The notes: a model not told the origin generated them from the sequence alone. A stretch of 64,000 bases of DNA from Chlorokybus atmophyticus (GCA_009103225.1 RHPI01001412.1:101840-165839), one strand, 5' to 3'. Shown: positions 12,658 through 23,905, numbered from the stretch's first letter. Numbers and translations: made by a program.

Positions 12658-14622
12658 CAAAGCACCTGTGTATTTGTACATAATCGTTGCCTAGCTCAGG
12701 CTGATATACATAGGTACAGAAGTTAATGCTCATGGGTAGAATAAAGATAGTTGTGTAGCTACGCTACATCGTGCCCTGGTTCCTAACACAATGCTAAGCA
12801 GCATAGTTAGGTTGCGTGCAGCCTGCATGCTATGACTATTTTATGTGCAGCACAAGAGTGCCATGCCTTCAGGTGCTGGTGATGAAAGAGTTGCTGCCCG
12901 CTCTGCTGGGAGAAGAGTCACACTCCTTTTCTCAGATTGCGTCGGTGCTTGGCAATGCCGGTTGAAGCAGCGCAAAGCTGACTATTTGTGACTGCATTTT
13001 GTTCTGCCATAGTTCATGCGCAACCTGTCACAGCACCAAACATGCACCCCGCATGCACTCAATACAGCTGTGTACGATGTAAGAGCACATGCATACATGT
13101 GGCAAGCTTGCGGCCTTTGCAGCTGCACAAGTCAGCATGGAAAATGGTGTCGGGTGTAACGCTACTAGTCAAGCTGAGGTTTGCTCTAGACAACAACTTC
13201 TTACTCGTGCACTCGATGCGGCCAGTTTCGAGAGCTGCACAAGTTGCACGTCGTCGCACAACAGGCAAATGACACCATCGACGCAAGCCAGACTCATATT
13301 AAGTTAGCCCAGCTCCAGCGCCGGTATAGCGCAGCAGACCGCAGCTTCGCCTTGGTTCAAATTACAACGCATGCCAGACGGCAACGCGGAAACCAAATTA
13401 GGCCTGTATAAATGACAACTCCGCCACCAACTCCCCCACCGCCGCCGCCTCCCCCGCCACCGCTTTCCCGCCACAGCTTGGCTAACACAGGCAAAGGCCC
13501 TCTCCCAGTGTCAAACGCCATTCCTCACTCACTCTTGTCATAACTACCGCTGATGTGACACGGATACTTGATCATGTAACGTAGGCTGCCGACCGTCACG
13601 TTATGGGCGAGAGAGCACATAAGTGCTGTGCACCGTGCATGGCAAGCTTGGCAACGAGGCGAAAGAGGAGGAAGCGGCGGAGGTGGAGGCGAAGGCGGAG
13701 GCTGAGAAGGAGCAAGTCGCAAGCAGGAAGAGGGTAAGTGGAAACCTAGCAATTGCAGCAGGCTTCTGTGGGTTGTCAGCTAAAACGGCAGCAGCATTTT
13801 GCTGATGTTGCAGGCTGCGTTTGCGCCAGCTGCCTCGGTAAGCTTGGTCTTGGTCTTGGTCTGGTCTGATTGTGCTGTGCCTGCCAGCTTGCAGCTCGTC
13901 TGTGGCTTGAGCATAAGAGCGTGCTCGCTTGTGTTCCTTATTGAGCGATTGCACTCAGTAACTGCAATGCTGAGAACAAAGCAGCCTGCTTTGTCGTATC
14001 AGCCGTCAGTGCGCTGGCCAGTATGGGATGTAGCCCTTGCCGTCACCATCGATTTCACCGCAGAGCAGCATTGCACAAACAGCACTTGACACAGGGCATC
14101 AAGCGTTGTTTCCATATGCTGTTTGCTCACAGACACTGTTCTGTGCCTTATGGTGTGGTTGCAGGCTTTCAAGCTTTAAATAGTTGAATACTTCACAGCT
14201 TGATACCGTAAACGGTTGCTGTTTATGCATGCGTATAGCTTGGCCGCTAGAGGGTGTCTGCTTGGCTGCTTGAGGGTGTTGTGCGACCTTATGCAAGTCG
14301 ATAGCAGCGTTGTTCTTCACAAGTTCGGTAGCTGAAGCAAGCCACAGCATCATCCCGCTGCTTGTGTCATATCTCCAGCAGAAGCTTGTTTGCAAGTCGT
14401 GCTGTCCATTAGGACAGCGACATGAATGCACTACTGCGTCACATGCACACGCACATGCATCCATGCGAGCGCACGTGCATGCAGACTGCTGCAAGCTTGG
14501 CACAAGCATACCAATCATGCACATGCGCAGCGCAGCAATAAGGTTGCAACTTGATGACATGTGGACAGACAGCACATGCCAGCGGTATAACTTGTGTTGC
14601 TGTCTGTTGTGCCAGCAGACAG

Positions 14623-15586
14623 ATGAAAGGCAGAGCAGTAACTGCGAGCTGACGACTCACCTGCTTGACCTGCACGGCAACGCATACCCAGAGGTCACTC
14701 ACAACAATGACATATACGTCATAAGGTCACCCGGACCCAGCTTAAAGATCACATGCTGCGCAATGGCGTGTGAAATGTTTCAGCCTACGCATGAGCCTGT
14801 TATTGTGAAGATACATATCGACAGCCAGCTGCTGTGTTACTGCCGCAGGAGCCCTCCGAGCGAACCTGAAATATTTGAAGGATGGCTCACAGCAGCAGAT
14901 TTCTTAGAATACAAGCGCCTGTCATCTTCTCAGTGCCTGGTGCTGATGGCTCAGGCAAAGCATGTGACGCGCACACCGGCGAAAGTACAATGCATTGCTA
15001 TGCGGAAATGGGCGCAACTCCTGCTCCTTTGCTCTGCGTGGACACGCTGTGCACAAAGAGTGTGAAGAAGCTGCTTGGTAAGAAGTTCTACGAGTCTACA
15101 TCGCTCATAACAGATGCTGGCGACAAAATGAGCTGCCCACCCCTGACTGTTGTTGTCGCGTGTCAACCCCAAACACGAGAAACTGCTGCCGCCGGCTTTG
15201 CAACCGAGCAATGTTGTTGGCAATGTTGTCCCATGCGCTGCTCCCACCAATCCAGTGAAGTTGAAGGCACCGGTGAGGGGGCATGTCCACACACATGATA
15301 AAGTACATGATCTCACCGTTGACAGTGATGAGGACGATGAGATTCAAGTGAGGACGGTTGCTAAACGAGTTAATACAGAGCAACCTGCCACATCCTGCCT
15401 GTTGAGCAGTATTGTTGGCAATGTTGCCCCATGGGCTGCTCCCACCAATCCAGTGAAGTTGGAGGCACCGTTGCGGGGGTATGTCCACACACATGATAAA
15501 GTACATGATGTCCGGTGACAATGATGAGGACGATGAGATTCAAGTGTGGACGGTTGCTAAACGAGCAAAAATAGAGCAACCTGCCA
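14623..15586 (+). pseudogene. DUF7918-like family copy 2 (frameshifted, with an internal duplication of about 180 bp of the C-terminal coding region)
   Basis: CELTTHLLDLHGNAYPEVTHNNDIYVIRSPG...; duplicated blocks at about 15212-15390 and 15411-15586. Confidence 0.85.
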
Positions 15587-15590
15587 CTCT

Positions 15591-16060
15591 CCGGGAGAAC
15601 TAATACGCAACTATACGCCCTCTCAATTAAGTGATAGGGACCCAGCGCTTAAGTGGTGCATAATCAACCTTGCAGGCCCCCGTGAGCACCGTCAGCCGCA
15701 ATTACTGCATTTAGGCCCGCCTCGGGTTGGCAAGAGTGACTTTCTGCATACGCTAGGTGAGTTTTTAAATATCTATCAAGTGCCGTTGAGAAAAGATGAC
15801 TTTTAGCGGGCGACCCTGTCTTGTGACATGTGTGTAGTGGATGAGTTACACGGGATAGGTTCAGTTCTCCGGTGTTGAACTTGCTATTGGACGGTCAAAG
15901 GGTGCGATTGGACGCAAAGTATAGTCGGGTTTTTTTTAAGGATCGTAATCTTCCAATAGTGTTAAGAACTCATAATTATCCAGATATGGGTGACAGGATG
16001 CGCCAAGAGGCTTTTGATACCCGAGTAACCTCTGTAACGCTTTCGTCTGTTAAGCATTTA
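15591..16060 (+). pseudogene. SF3 helicase fragment resembling the C-terminal domain of a CRESS-DNA virus/plasmid Rep (endogenous viral element)
   Basis: WCIINLAGPREHRQPQLLHLGPPRVGKS (Walker A 15714-15737), CVVDE (Walker B 15834-15845), LNLLLDGQRVRLDAKY, IVLRTHNYP (motif C-like), EAFDTRV (Arg-finger-like); in-frame TAG at 15804-15806 and one frameshift. Confidence 0.72.
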
Positions 16061-16486
16061 AGTGGCCCTGCTTACTTGACTTCTCACAGGTGCACTGTAT
16101 GCGGCCGGGGTTTTGGCGCAAGTTGCACATTGCCAGTAACATGTTGTCAGAGGCAAACGACACCAACACGCAAGCCAGATTCATCTCATATTAACTCAGT
16201 TCAGCTCAGCTCAGCGCAGCGCAGCGCAGATTATTAGCTCCAATCCCGGTTCAGCGCAACAGACTGCAGCTGCGCCTCGGTTGAAACACAACGCATGTTA
16301 GACAGCCAACGCGAGAAACCAAATGTACCAATGACAGCTCCGCCACCAGCTCCCCCACCGCCTCCCTCGCCATCGCCCTCTCCATCAACACCGCCACCCT
16401 CGGCAAACACAGGCACCCGCGCAATGCAATCATTCATTCATTCAACACATGCATTGCCTTTAAACTGTAAAGGTTTGTACTGTGCG

Positions 16487-16825
16487 TGTAACGGTGTGCT
16501 ACCTCCATAGAGGTTCCCCGCCCTTATTTAGGATTAAATAAGGGTCCCAACGGGATTATACAGCCTATTAAGCCTTATTAGGGCCGTTAACCTAGTGTTA
16601 AGGCCCTAATGTAGTGTTACTTAACTATAACACTGATATCGACATGAGACATGAGTCTCATGTTGATATCAGCTGCATGGCGGCGCTGCTAACGCAGCGG
16701 CCGCCATAGCCAGAGCATCTTTTGCTCTGGCAACTGCCCCGGCAGTGGCGGCGGCGGCGGCGAGGCTGGTGGTGGTGTTGGGGTAGGGGATTAAAGGGAG
16801 GAGGGGCACACCCTCTCTCCTGACA
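16487..16825 (+). repeat. 5' LTR of chromovirus copy A (hairpin-rich)
   Basis: Direct repeat of 22983-23321. Confidence 0.97.
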
Positions 16826-17634
16826 TTGGTATCGGAGCACGGGCGGCAAGGGGCCTGTGGGAGGGGCGGCGGCAGGCGGCAGGCACTGCAGGGGCGGCGG
16901 CAGGCACTGCGTCGGCAGGCGGCACTGCGGCGGCAAACTAGCGGTAGTTAAAAGTTTTGTTTGGTTTAACTGTTGTAGTTAAACGCTGCTGCTGGTGCCT
17001 AGCCTAGCCTAGCCTAGCCTATGCATGCCATGCCATGCCATGCCTAACTTGTCCTAGTTTAGTTGTTATTGTGTGAAGGGGGGCGGCCATCCAGGCCCCT
17101 CCCTGAAGCATTGCATCCAAGCACATAACATAGTAATCATATATTGTTTACTATAATCTTTGTGTGCTAACCACCACGTGGATTCGTGGTGGTGAAGGGC
17201 TTTTTATCTATTTTTTTGGATAAATTCCCTTGGGGGCAGTTCGGTGGCAACATCGACTGTCTCGGTACCGCCAGTCAGTGCGGTGAGGCCGCCAGAATTT
17301 TTCTGTGCGGTCGATATCAAACTCACAACTCACAACTTGTCGATATCGGCCTGTAGGGCTGATTCAACGAGATTTTGGCACTTTGGGTGTCAATTGTGAT
17401 TGTAAGTTGAGCTGGGTTGTACAAAGTGAAAACTTTGAGCAGCCATAGCTCGTGAGCCGTCGCGTGCATTCGCGTGCGGTTTGTTGCACAGTGATTGTCT
17501 AGTTGAGAGGTGTGTGGAGAGCTCTTGTTTGGGCTGAATACTCCACGTTTACCCCTCCAAACTTGACAGGACAAAATCACTAGTATTCGACGTTTTCATA
17601 GTGCACAACTTTCCGTGTTTGTGCACTATTTGAA

Positions 17635-19089
17635 GGAGAGGGAGGTGAAAAGTACTTCACCGTCCCTGATTCATCATCCTCATATGAGCCATCCAGTGAT
17701 GACAAAGTGAGGGACTCGGACACGAGTGAGAGCTATAAGCTCACTGACAGTGACAAGGAAGAAGAGGCTAAGCAAGATAGCGAAGCTTCCCCCGACCTGT
17801 CTACCCACAGTGAGCCAGCTGTAATGGACACACCGAGTGTCATTGGCGGAGCCATTGAAAAGTATGCGCGCGAGCGCAAGACTTTACTTGACGCCCACCC
17901 GCAGCTTCGTCAAGAAGTGTGGGATGCATGGGCGCAGAAGGTTCGTAATGGCTATGAAACAGATTTTGCCACTCTCCCTCGCACTAGTAAGGAGATGGTG
18001 ATCCGCATGATTGAGCACGAGTTGACGAACAATGTTCCGCCACTCGTGCGTGGTGATCCAAAAGTGGCTGCTCTGATGGCCGTCTACGATAGGCCGCTCC
18101 CATACGAAGGGAAGCGGATGGCGTTTGAGGCCTTAGCCAACTTGATGGTTGAAACGCAGCAGCGTTGCAAGGATGTGTTCTGGTACTTGGGACCTAACTT
18201 GGAAAATAAGTTGGCTGGCCGAGTGAAGTTGGAGGCACGCCTCGATGCGATGCAATCTGAGTTGATGGCGCTGCGTCAGCAAGTAGCGGGTGCTGCTTCA
18301 TCAGTTGGCGCATCAGTGGGGCTGCCGGTTACGGCATTGAACAAACCTGAAAAGTTCAAGCCTAACGGTAGTGTAAGTATCCATGATTGGGTGGTGACTG
18401 TCGAACATTACCTGACAGCGCTAAAGCGCCCGGTGGGTGAGCACGTTGCCGTTGCTGAGTTGCTTATGCCATCTGATGCTCTCGCCGAATGGGCACGACA
18501 AACAGAGCATGGCGCTGTGAAGACAGTACCAGCACTGTTTCAGTTTCTGATGGAGCGCTATGGTGGCATGGATCCGGCTACTCAGGCTCGTAACAAACTT
18601 AGCAAGTTGCGACAGAATGGTCGAGCAGCATCAGTGTATCTGCAGGAGTTCCAAGCATTAGTTGGTCGTGCCAATAGCGGCCTGATGCCTATGGACAAAG
18701 CTGAGCAGTTCGAGTTGTACAAGCGTGGCTTGGATGCGCGTGTTCGCGATCAGCTGCAGTACAACACTGCAACGGGGCTTCCTTGGGTTCCTGATGACTT
18801 GGCCAAGCTGCAAAAGCTAAGTGTTTACCTGTACAATGATGACACGGTCGTGCAGGAAAAGTCGAACGTGACAGCTATGGCCAAGCCGCAAGGGGGGGGA
18901 ATAAAGCGCTATCCTCCGCCGAGTGTACATGTGGCGAAGAAAGCGAAGACATTCGCTCCTCGAATTGGTGGTACGTCTGCTGGTAATGCACCTACTGCAG
19001 CTCGCACCTGTTTCATCTGCCATCAGCCGGGTCACGTTGCAAAGGCCTGTCCTACGAAGGCGAAGGGCAAAGCCAAGAAGGTTGAATAG
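17635..19089 (+). pseudogene. gag of chromovirus copy A, start codon lost
   Basis: Matches the copy B gag except for a 31-bp deletion after 17634 that removes the ATG of MSDQGEG; CCHC knuckle CFICHQPGHVAKAC. Confidence 0.85.
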
Positions 19090-22000
19090 GATTACGCTGT
19101 GGCTGATGTAGCAAAGGTTGATAGTCAGTTGCTTGAGATACAAGCAGTTAACTGGTTTGATAATCTGTCTCAAATGCATGTAATGACGCATGCATGGCAA
19201 ACACATCACAAGTTACCACTGTTTGATGTTGCAACAGTGGAAGCAAATACTTGTGTACTGGTACATGTGAAATTTAACATGCTTACCGACGTGTTGCACA
19301 CATTGAGTGAATTGCAATGTAAACACAGATCCCTGAGTGTGGTAGCAATGGTGCCAAAATATCATGGCCCATGGTTGAAGTATACTCGAGGGGGTACTGT
19401 TTTAAAACAATTCACCAAGCGCGAGACTGGGACAATTCGATTATCAGCAATATTAATCAACCCCCGCATTAGTCACGGATTCTTGGCTACCTTTCAAGGA
19501 CGAGTGGTACCTTTGTTGTGGACATTCAGTGGCACAATGCAAGGTGTGAATAGCTCGTTTTTGATTGACACTGGTGCGACACACAACTTCGTGGACGAGC
19601 AATGGGTTGCGCGCAATAAAATCATGCGCAAACCCTCAGCATTTTCGGCTGCCGGTGCTGGGGGTACATTGCCAGTGACGGGAGAAGTAAAATTGAAGGT
19701 TAAAATTGGTAATTATTATGCCAATCTTGCCTTTATAGTAGTAGCAATCAACATATCTGGTGTTGATGTGGTACTAGGCCAAGAATGGCAAAATAATGTC
19801 ACAATGACATTGGATACGGGTGCACGCTTGTGCACAGTAAAGAAAGGCGGTAAGCGGATTACATTGTCTGTGAAAGGGTCGCATAGCTTGGAATTCAAGC
19901 AACCCGACCCTGCGTTACTCACGGCACTACAGGTGAAACGTGCGTTGCGCAAAAACACACCGGCTTTTCTGGTACATTTGTCTTCATCAGATGACATTGC
20001 GCCGGGTAGTACTGAAGGTGTGGCAGACCTCATTGAGGAATATCAAGATGTGTTCTCAGATGAGTTGCCGGGCTTGCCTCCTGACCGAGGTGTCGGACAC
20101 ACTATACCATTAATTCCTGATAGTGATCCTCCTTTTCGGCCAATATATAGGCTAAGCCCTAGAGAAAGGGGGGAAATGGAAACACAAATCAAGGAGTTAT
20201 TGGAAAAAGGATTGATTGAACCAAGTTCTTCACCCTTTGGCGCACCCATCCTATTTGTGATGAAAAAGAATGGAAAATTGCGCATGTGTGTGGACTATCG
20301 TGCTTTAAACAAAATCACGGTGAAAAATCGATACCCGTTGCCACGGATTGATGACGTGTTTGATAAACTATCAGGTAATGCATACTTCAGTACATTAGAC
20401 CTGACAAGTGGATATCATCAGATCCGAATTCATTCCGCTGATGTCTATAAGACAGCTTTCAGAACACCTTCGGGCCATTATCAATACAAAGTGCTACCCT
20501 TTGGATTGACGAATGCGCCTGCTGTGTTTCAGAAGGAAATGAATAAAATTTTCGGTAATATACTTGGCAAGTATGTTATGGTTTACTTGGATGACATTAT
20601 TGTCTTTAGTAAAACCAAAGAGGAACATAAGCAACACTTAGAAGCGGTGTTTACTTTGTTGCGGAAGCATCATTTATTTGCCAGCCTTGCAAAATGTGAC
20701 TTTTGCAAATCGGAGTTACCATTCTTGGGACATGTTGTGAGTGGTGCGGGTGTAAAGCCTGACCCTCGCAAGGTGCAAGTTGTCAAGAATTGGCCTCAAC
20801 CCAAAAATATTCATCAACTGAGATCATTTTTGGGATTGGCAAATTATTTTCGCAAATTTATGATGGGTTATTCTACAGTTGTAATGCCCTTGACTAAATT
20901 GTTGCGAAAGGACGCGCCATTTTCTTGGACGTCAGACCAAGAAGCTGCTATGCAACAAGTGAAGTTAGCATTAACTTCAGCTCCAGTATTGGCATTGCCA
21001 AATTGGGATAAACATTTCACTGTGGTCAGTGATGCTTCCACCCTTGGGTGTGGTGCAGTACTACTGCAAGACGGCAGACCATGTGCTTATGAAAGTAGGA
21101 AGTTTATCCCAGCGGAGGTAAACTACACTACTACTGAGCAAGAGTTGCTTGGTGTCGTACATGCTCTCGAAACTTGGCGATGTTACTTAGAGGGAGTTCA
21201 GTTCACAGTGGTGACTGATCACAACCCATTAGTATACTTCTCAACGCAGCTGACCTTGTCACGTAGGCAAGCTCGCTGGAATGAGTTTCTGTCGCGATTT
21301 ACTTTTGAATGGGTATATCGGCCTGGCAGAACTAATGTGGCAGATCCTTTAAGTCGCTGTCCGTCATTATTGGCAGTTATGCGTGCGCAATTGCTTGCGA
21401 CGCAAGTTACATTGCCCGCTAATGATGCATTTGTGCAATCTGTTTTGCATGGGTATTCCTTAGACCCATGGTTCTCACGGCAAGAGAATATACAACAGCT
21501 TGAAGCACGAGACAACTTGTATTATATGGGTGCTAGCTTGGTGATACCTGACCATGCTGGGCTACGCATGCAATGCATAGCTGATGTACACGACCCACCG
21601 TACGCTGGGCACTTTGGAAATCGCAAGACTACCAAGGCAGCGCAACAGCTGTACTGGTGGCCATCGTTGCCTGTTGACGTAAAGCGTTATGTTGACACCT
21701 GTGACAAATGTCAGCGTGACAAGCCGTTACGTCAGAAACCCGCTGGGTTGCTGCGACCTTTGCCTGTTCCTGATGGCAAATGGGAAAGTGTGAGTATGGA
21801 CTTAATTACTGAGCTCCCAGAGACAGCATTAGGTCACACTGCGGTTGCAGTTTTCGTGGATCGTTTAACAAAAATGGTCCACATTGTCCCTTGTCGCACG
21901 GAGATAGGCTCCCGTGAGTTGGCGATGGTTTTTGTCGCGTCTGTGTTCAAGTTGCATGGCTTGCCCCGCAACTTCGTGTCAGATCGCGATCCGCGATTTG

Positions 22001-22860
22001 TGGCTCAGTTTTGGAAGTCGCTATGCAGCTTCTTACACATTCAGCAGAACATGAGCACTGCTTACCATCCACAGACGGATGGTCAAACAGAACGCGCCAA
22101 TCAAGTGATTGAGGAAACCATCCGGCATTATGTGAGCCCGAATCAGAGTGATTGGGATATTTATCTCCCAATGGCTGAATTTGCGATCAATAATGCATGG
22201 CAAGAGAGTGTGCAGGAGACTCCGTTCTTCTTGAATTACGGCGTGCATCCACTGAGTCCTGCGAATTTAAAATTGCCCGCAACCGATATAACTCGCGTAC
22301 CTGCAGCGCGCGAGATGGCTTCGGCCATGCAGGATAGGTTAGCGTTGGCAAAAGACTGTCTGCGCGCAGCGCAAGACAGACAAAAAGCCCAAGCTGATGC
22401 GCATCGTAGAGAGGCCACCTACGATGTGGGCTGTTCGGTGCTTTTAAGTACCAAAAACGTATCCATCAAAAGAGTGGGTACCCGCAAGTTTTTCCCTCGC
22501 TGGATAGGCCCTTTCAAAGTGATTGATCGGGTCGGCACTCACGCGTATCGTTTGGATTTACCAATGTCGATACGAATTCACAATGTGTTTCATGTGAGTG
22601 TACTGAAACCGTACCGATCAGACGGTCGGGTTCAACCTCCTCCACCCCCAGTCGCAGTGGATGGTGACAATACATTTGAGTATGAGGTGGAAGCAATCCT
22701 AAGTCACCGTAAGCCTCGACGCGGACGCGCGCCGTCCTACTTGGTGAAATGGAAAGGGTATGGTGTTGAACACAATACATGGGAGCCCGAAAGGAATCTT
22801 ACCAACTGCCAAGAGGTTCTTCGGGGGTACTGGAGTACTGTGTCCACACGCGAACGGTAA
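19090..22860 (+). CDS. pol of chromovirus copy A (N-terminal extra domain, protease, RT, RNase H, integrase, chromodomain)
   Basis: Uninterrupted frame: LIDTGATHNF, YLDD, DASTLGCGAVL, HHCC, SDRDPRF, GPF, YEVEAILSHR...YLVKWKGY...NTWEP. Confidence 0.96.
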   Translation, partial: DYAVADVAKVDSQLLEIQAVNWFDNLSQMHVMTHAWQTHHKLPLFDVATVEANTCVLVHVKFNMLTDVLHTLSELQCKHRSLSVVAMVPKYHGPWLKYTRGGTVLKQFTKRETGTIRLSAILINPRISHGFLATFQGRVVPLLWTFSGTMQGVNSSFLIDTGATHNFVDEQWVARNKIMRKPSAFSAAGAGGTLPVTGEVKLKVKIGNYYANLAFIVVAINISGVDVVLGQEWQNNVTMTLDTGARLCTVKKGGKRITLSVKGSHSLEFKQPDPALLTALQVKRALRKNTPAFLVHLSSSDDIAPGSTEGVADLIEEYQDVFSDELPGLPPDRGVGHTIPLIPDSDPPFRPIYRLSPRERGEMETQIKELLEKGLIEPSSSPFGAPILFVMKKNGKLRMCVDYRALNKITVKNRYPLPRIDDVFDKLSGNAYFSTLDLTSGYHQIRIHSADVYKTAFRTPSGHYQYKVLPFGLTNAPAVFQKEMNKIFGNILGKYVMVYLDDIIVFSKTKEEHKQHLEAVFTLLRKHHLFASLAKCDFCKSELPFLGHVVSGAGVKPDPRKVQVVKNWPQPKNIHQLRSFLGLANYFRKFMMGYSTVVMPLTKLLRKDAPFSWTSDQEAAMQQVKLALTSAPVLALPNWDKHFTVVSDASTLGCGAVLLQDGRPCAYESRKFIPAEVNYTTTEQELLGVVHALETWRCYLEGVQFTVVTDHNPLVYFSTQLTLSRRQARWNEFLSRFTFEWVYRPGRTNVADPLSRCPSLLAVMRAQLLATQVTLPANDAFVQSVLHGYSLDPWFSRQENIQQLEARDNLYYMGASLVIPDHAGLRMQCIADVHDPPYAGHFGNRKTTKAAQQLYWWPSLPVDVKRYVDTCDKCQRDKPLRQKPAGLLRPLPVPDGKWESVSMDLITELPETALGHTAVAVFVDRLTKMVHIVPCRTEIGSRELAMVFVASVFKLHGLPRNFVSDRDPRFVAQFWKSLCSFLHIQQNMSTAYHPQTDGQTERANQVIEETIRHYVSPNQSDWDIYLPMAEFAINNAWQESVQETPFFLNYGVHPLSPANLKLPATDITRVPAAREMASAMQDRLALAKDCLRAAQDRQKAQADAHRREATYDVGCSVLLSTKNVSIKRVGTRKFFPRWIGPFKVIDRVGTHAYRLDLPMSIRIHNVFHVSVLKPYRSDGRVQPPPPPVAVDGDNTFEYEVEAILSHRKPRRGRAPSYLVKWKGYGVEHNTWEPERNLTNCQEVLRGYWSTVSTRER

Positions 22861-22982
22861 AAGGGTGCTGGTAGACATCTTTACCGCTTCGGCCCTGGTT
22901 CTCTCATTGCTTTCGTTTTGTGACTCGTGATGGGGCTTTGCTAACCCTTCAATGAGGACATTGAAACCTAAGTGGGGGGGAA

Positions 22983-23321
22983 TGTAACGGTGTGCTACCT
23001 CCATAGAGGTTCCCCGCCCTTATTTAGGATTAAATAAGGGTCCCAACGGGATTATACAGCCTATTAAGCCTTATTAGGGCCGTTAACCTAGTGTTAAGGC
23101 CCTAATGTAGTGTTACTTAACTATAACACTGATATCGACATGAGACATGAGTCTCATGTGGATATCAGCTGCATGGCGGCGCTGCTAACGCAGCGGCCGC
23201 CATAGCCAGAGCATCTTGTGCTCTGGCAACTGCCCCGGCAGTGGCGGCGGCGGCGGCGAGGCTGGTGGTGGTGTTGGGGTAGGGGATTAAAGGGAGGAGG
23301 GGCACACCCTCTCTCCTGACA
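22983..23321 (+). repeat. 3' LTR of chromovirus copy A
   Basis: Direct repeat of 16487-16825, followed by TSD GTGCG. Confidence 0.97.
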
Positions 23322-23444
23322 GTGCGAGTAGCTTGTAGCTGGGTAGAGGCGGCGGCGGCGGTGTTCGTGGCGTCGTAGGTGAGCAGCACAAAAGCACGGT
23401 TGATTATGTGAAGGAGTGCCAGCAGAGGAGAAGGTGTGTCGCAC

Positions 23445-23471
23445 GATCCGGGGGGACAACTCGTGGACGGA
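23445..23471 (+). repeat. Left terminal inverted repeat
   Basis: gatccggggggacaactcgtggacgga. Confidence 0.93.
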
Positions 23472-23905
23472 AATGTTGTTGACACATCGCATGTTATTCT
23501 TGTTTCTTGACAACAGGTACCACCTTGTTGGAAAACGTTTGACAACAGTTGCGCAAACATGTTGCAGAAACTTTGCCAACTGCTGCACATAAAGGTTACA
23601 ATTGCACATGTCTAACAAGGGTTGTGTGAAACGTGAAGTTGGAATTATCTTGCCAACTAATGCACATAAAGGGTGCAATTTCTTATGTTCAAGGAGGGTT
23701 GTGTGAGTAGTGATGTTGTATAAGTTTTGCCAACATCATGCCTCATATGTTTTGAAAGGCATGTCTTACGCGGAAGTGGCAACATGCACTCGCTGCCGTA
23801 GTTGGCCACGATTGGCCAACAGTGTGGAGGTCACAATGAACAAACACACAAATCTAGTCAACTGTTCGACTGTGCTGTTGACACTGTGTGTGATCATGTA
23901 AGCTA

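Larger units (their letters stand above)
16487..23321 (+). mobile_element. Chromoviral Ty3/Gypsy LTR retrotransposon, copy A (young; gag ATG deleted)
   Basis: 339-bp LTRs at 16487-16825 and 22983-23321 (TGTA...GACA, 2 differences); 5-bp TSD GTGCG; PBS tggtatcggagc 16827-16838; PPT about 22970-22982; gag and pol with C-terminal chromodomain. Confidence 0.97.

Noticed and set aside
19716-22780. Several 60-105 aa antisense ORFs over pol (and their mirrors at 29722-32786)
   Set aside because: Shadow ORFs of the pol reading frame; no motifs.
23436-23444. Extending the TIR outward by 9 bp (gtgtcgcac vs gcacgacac)
   Set aside because: This needs two mismatches and leaves no TSD; the 27-bp TIR with direct GCAC is more parsimonious.
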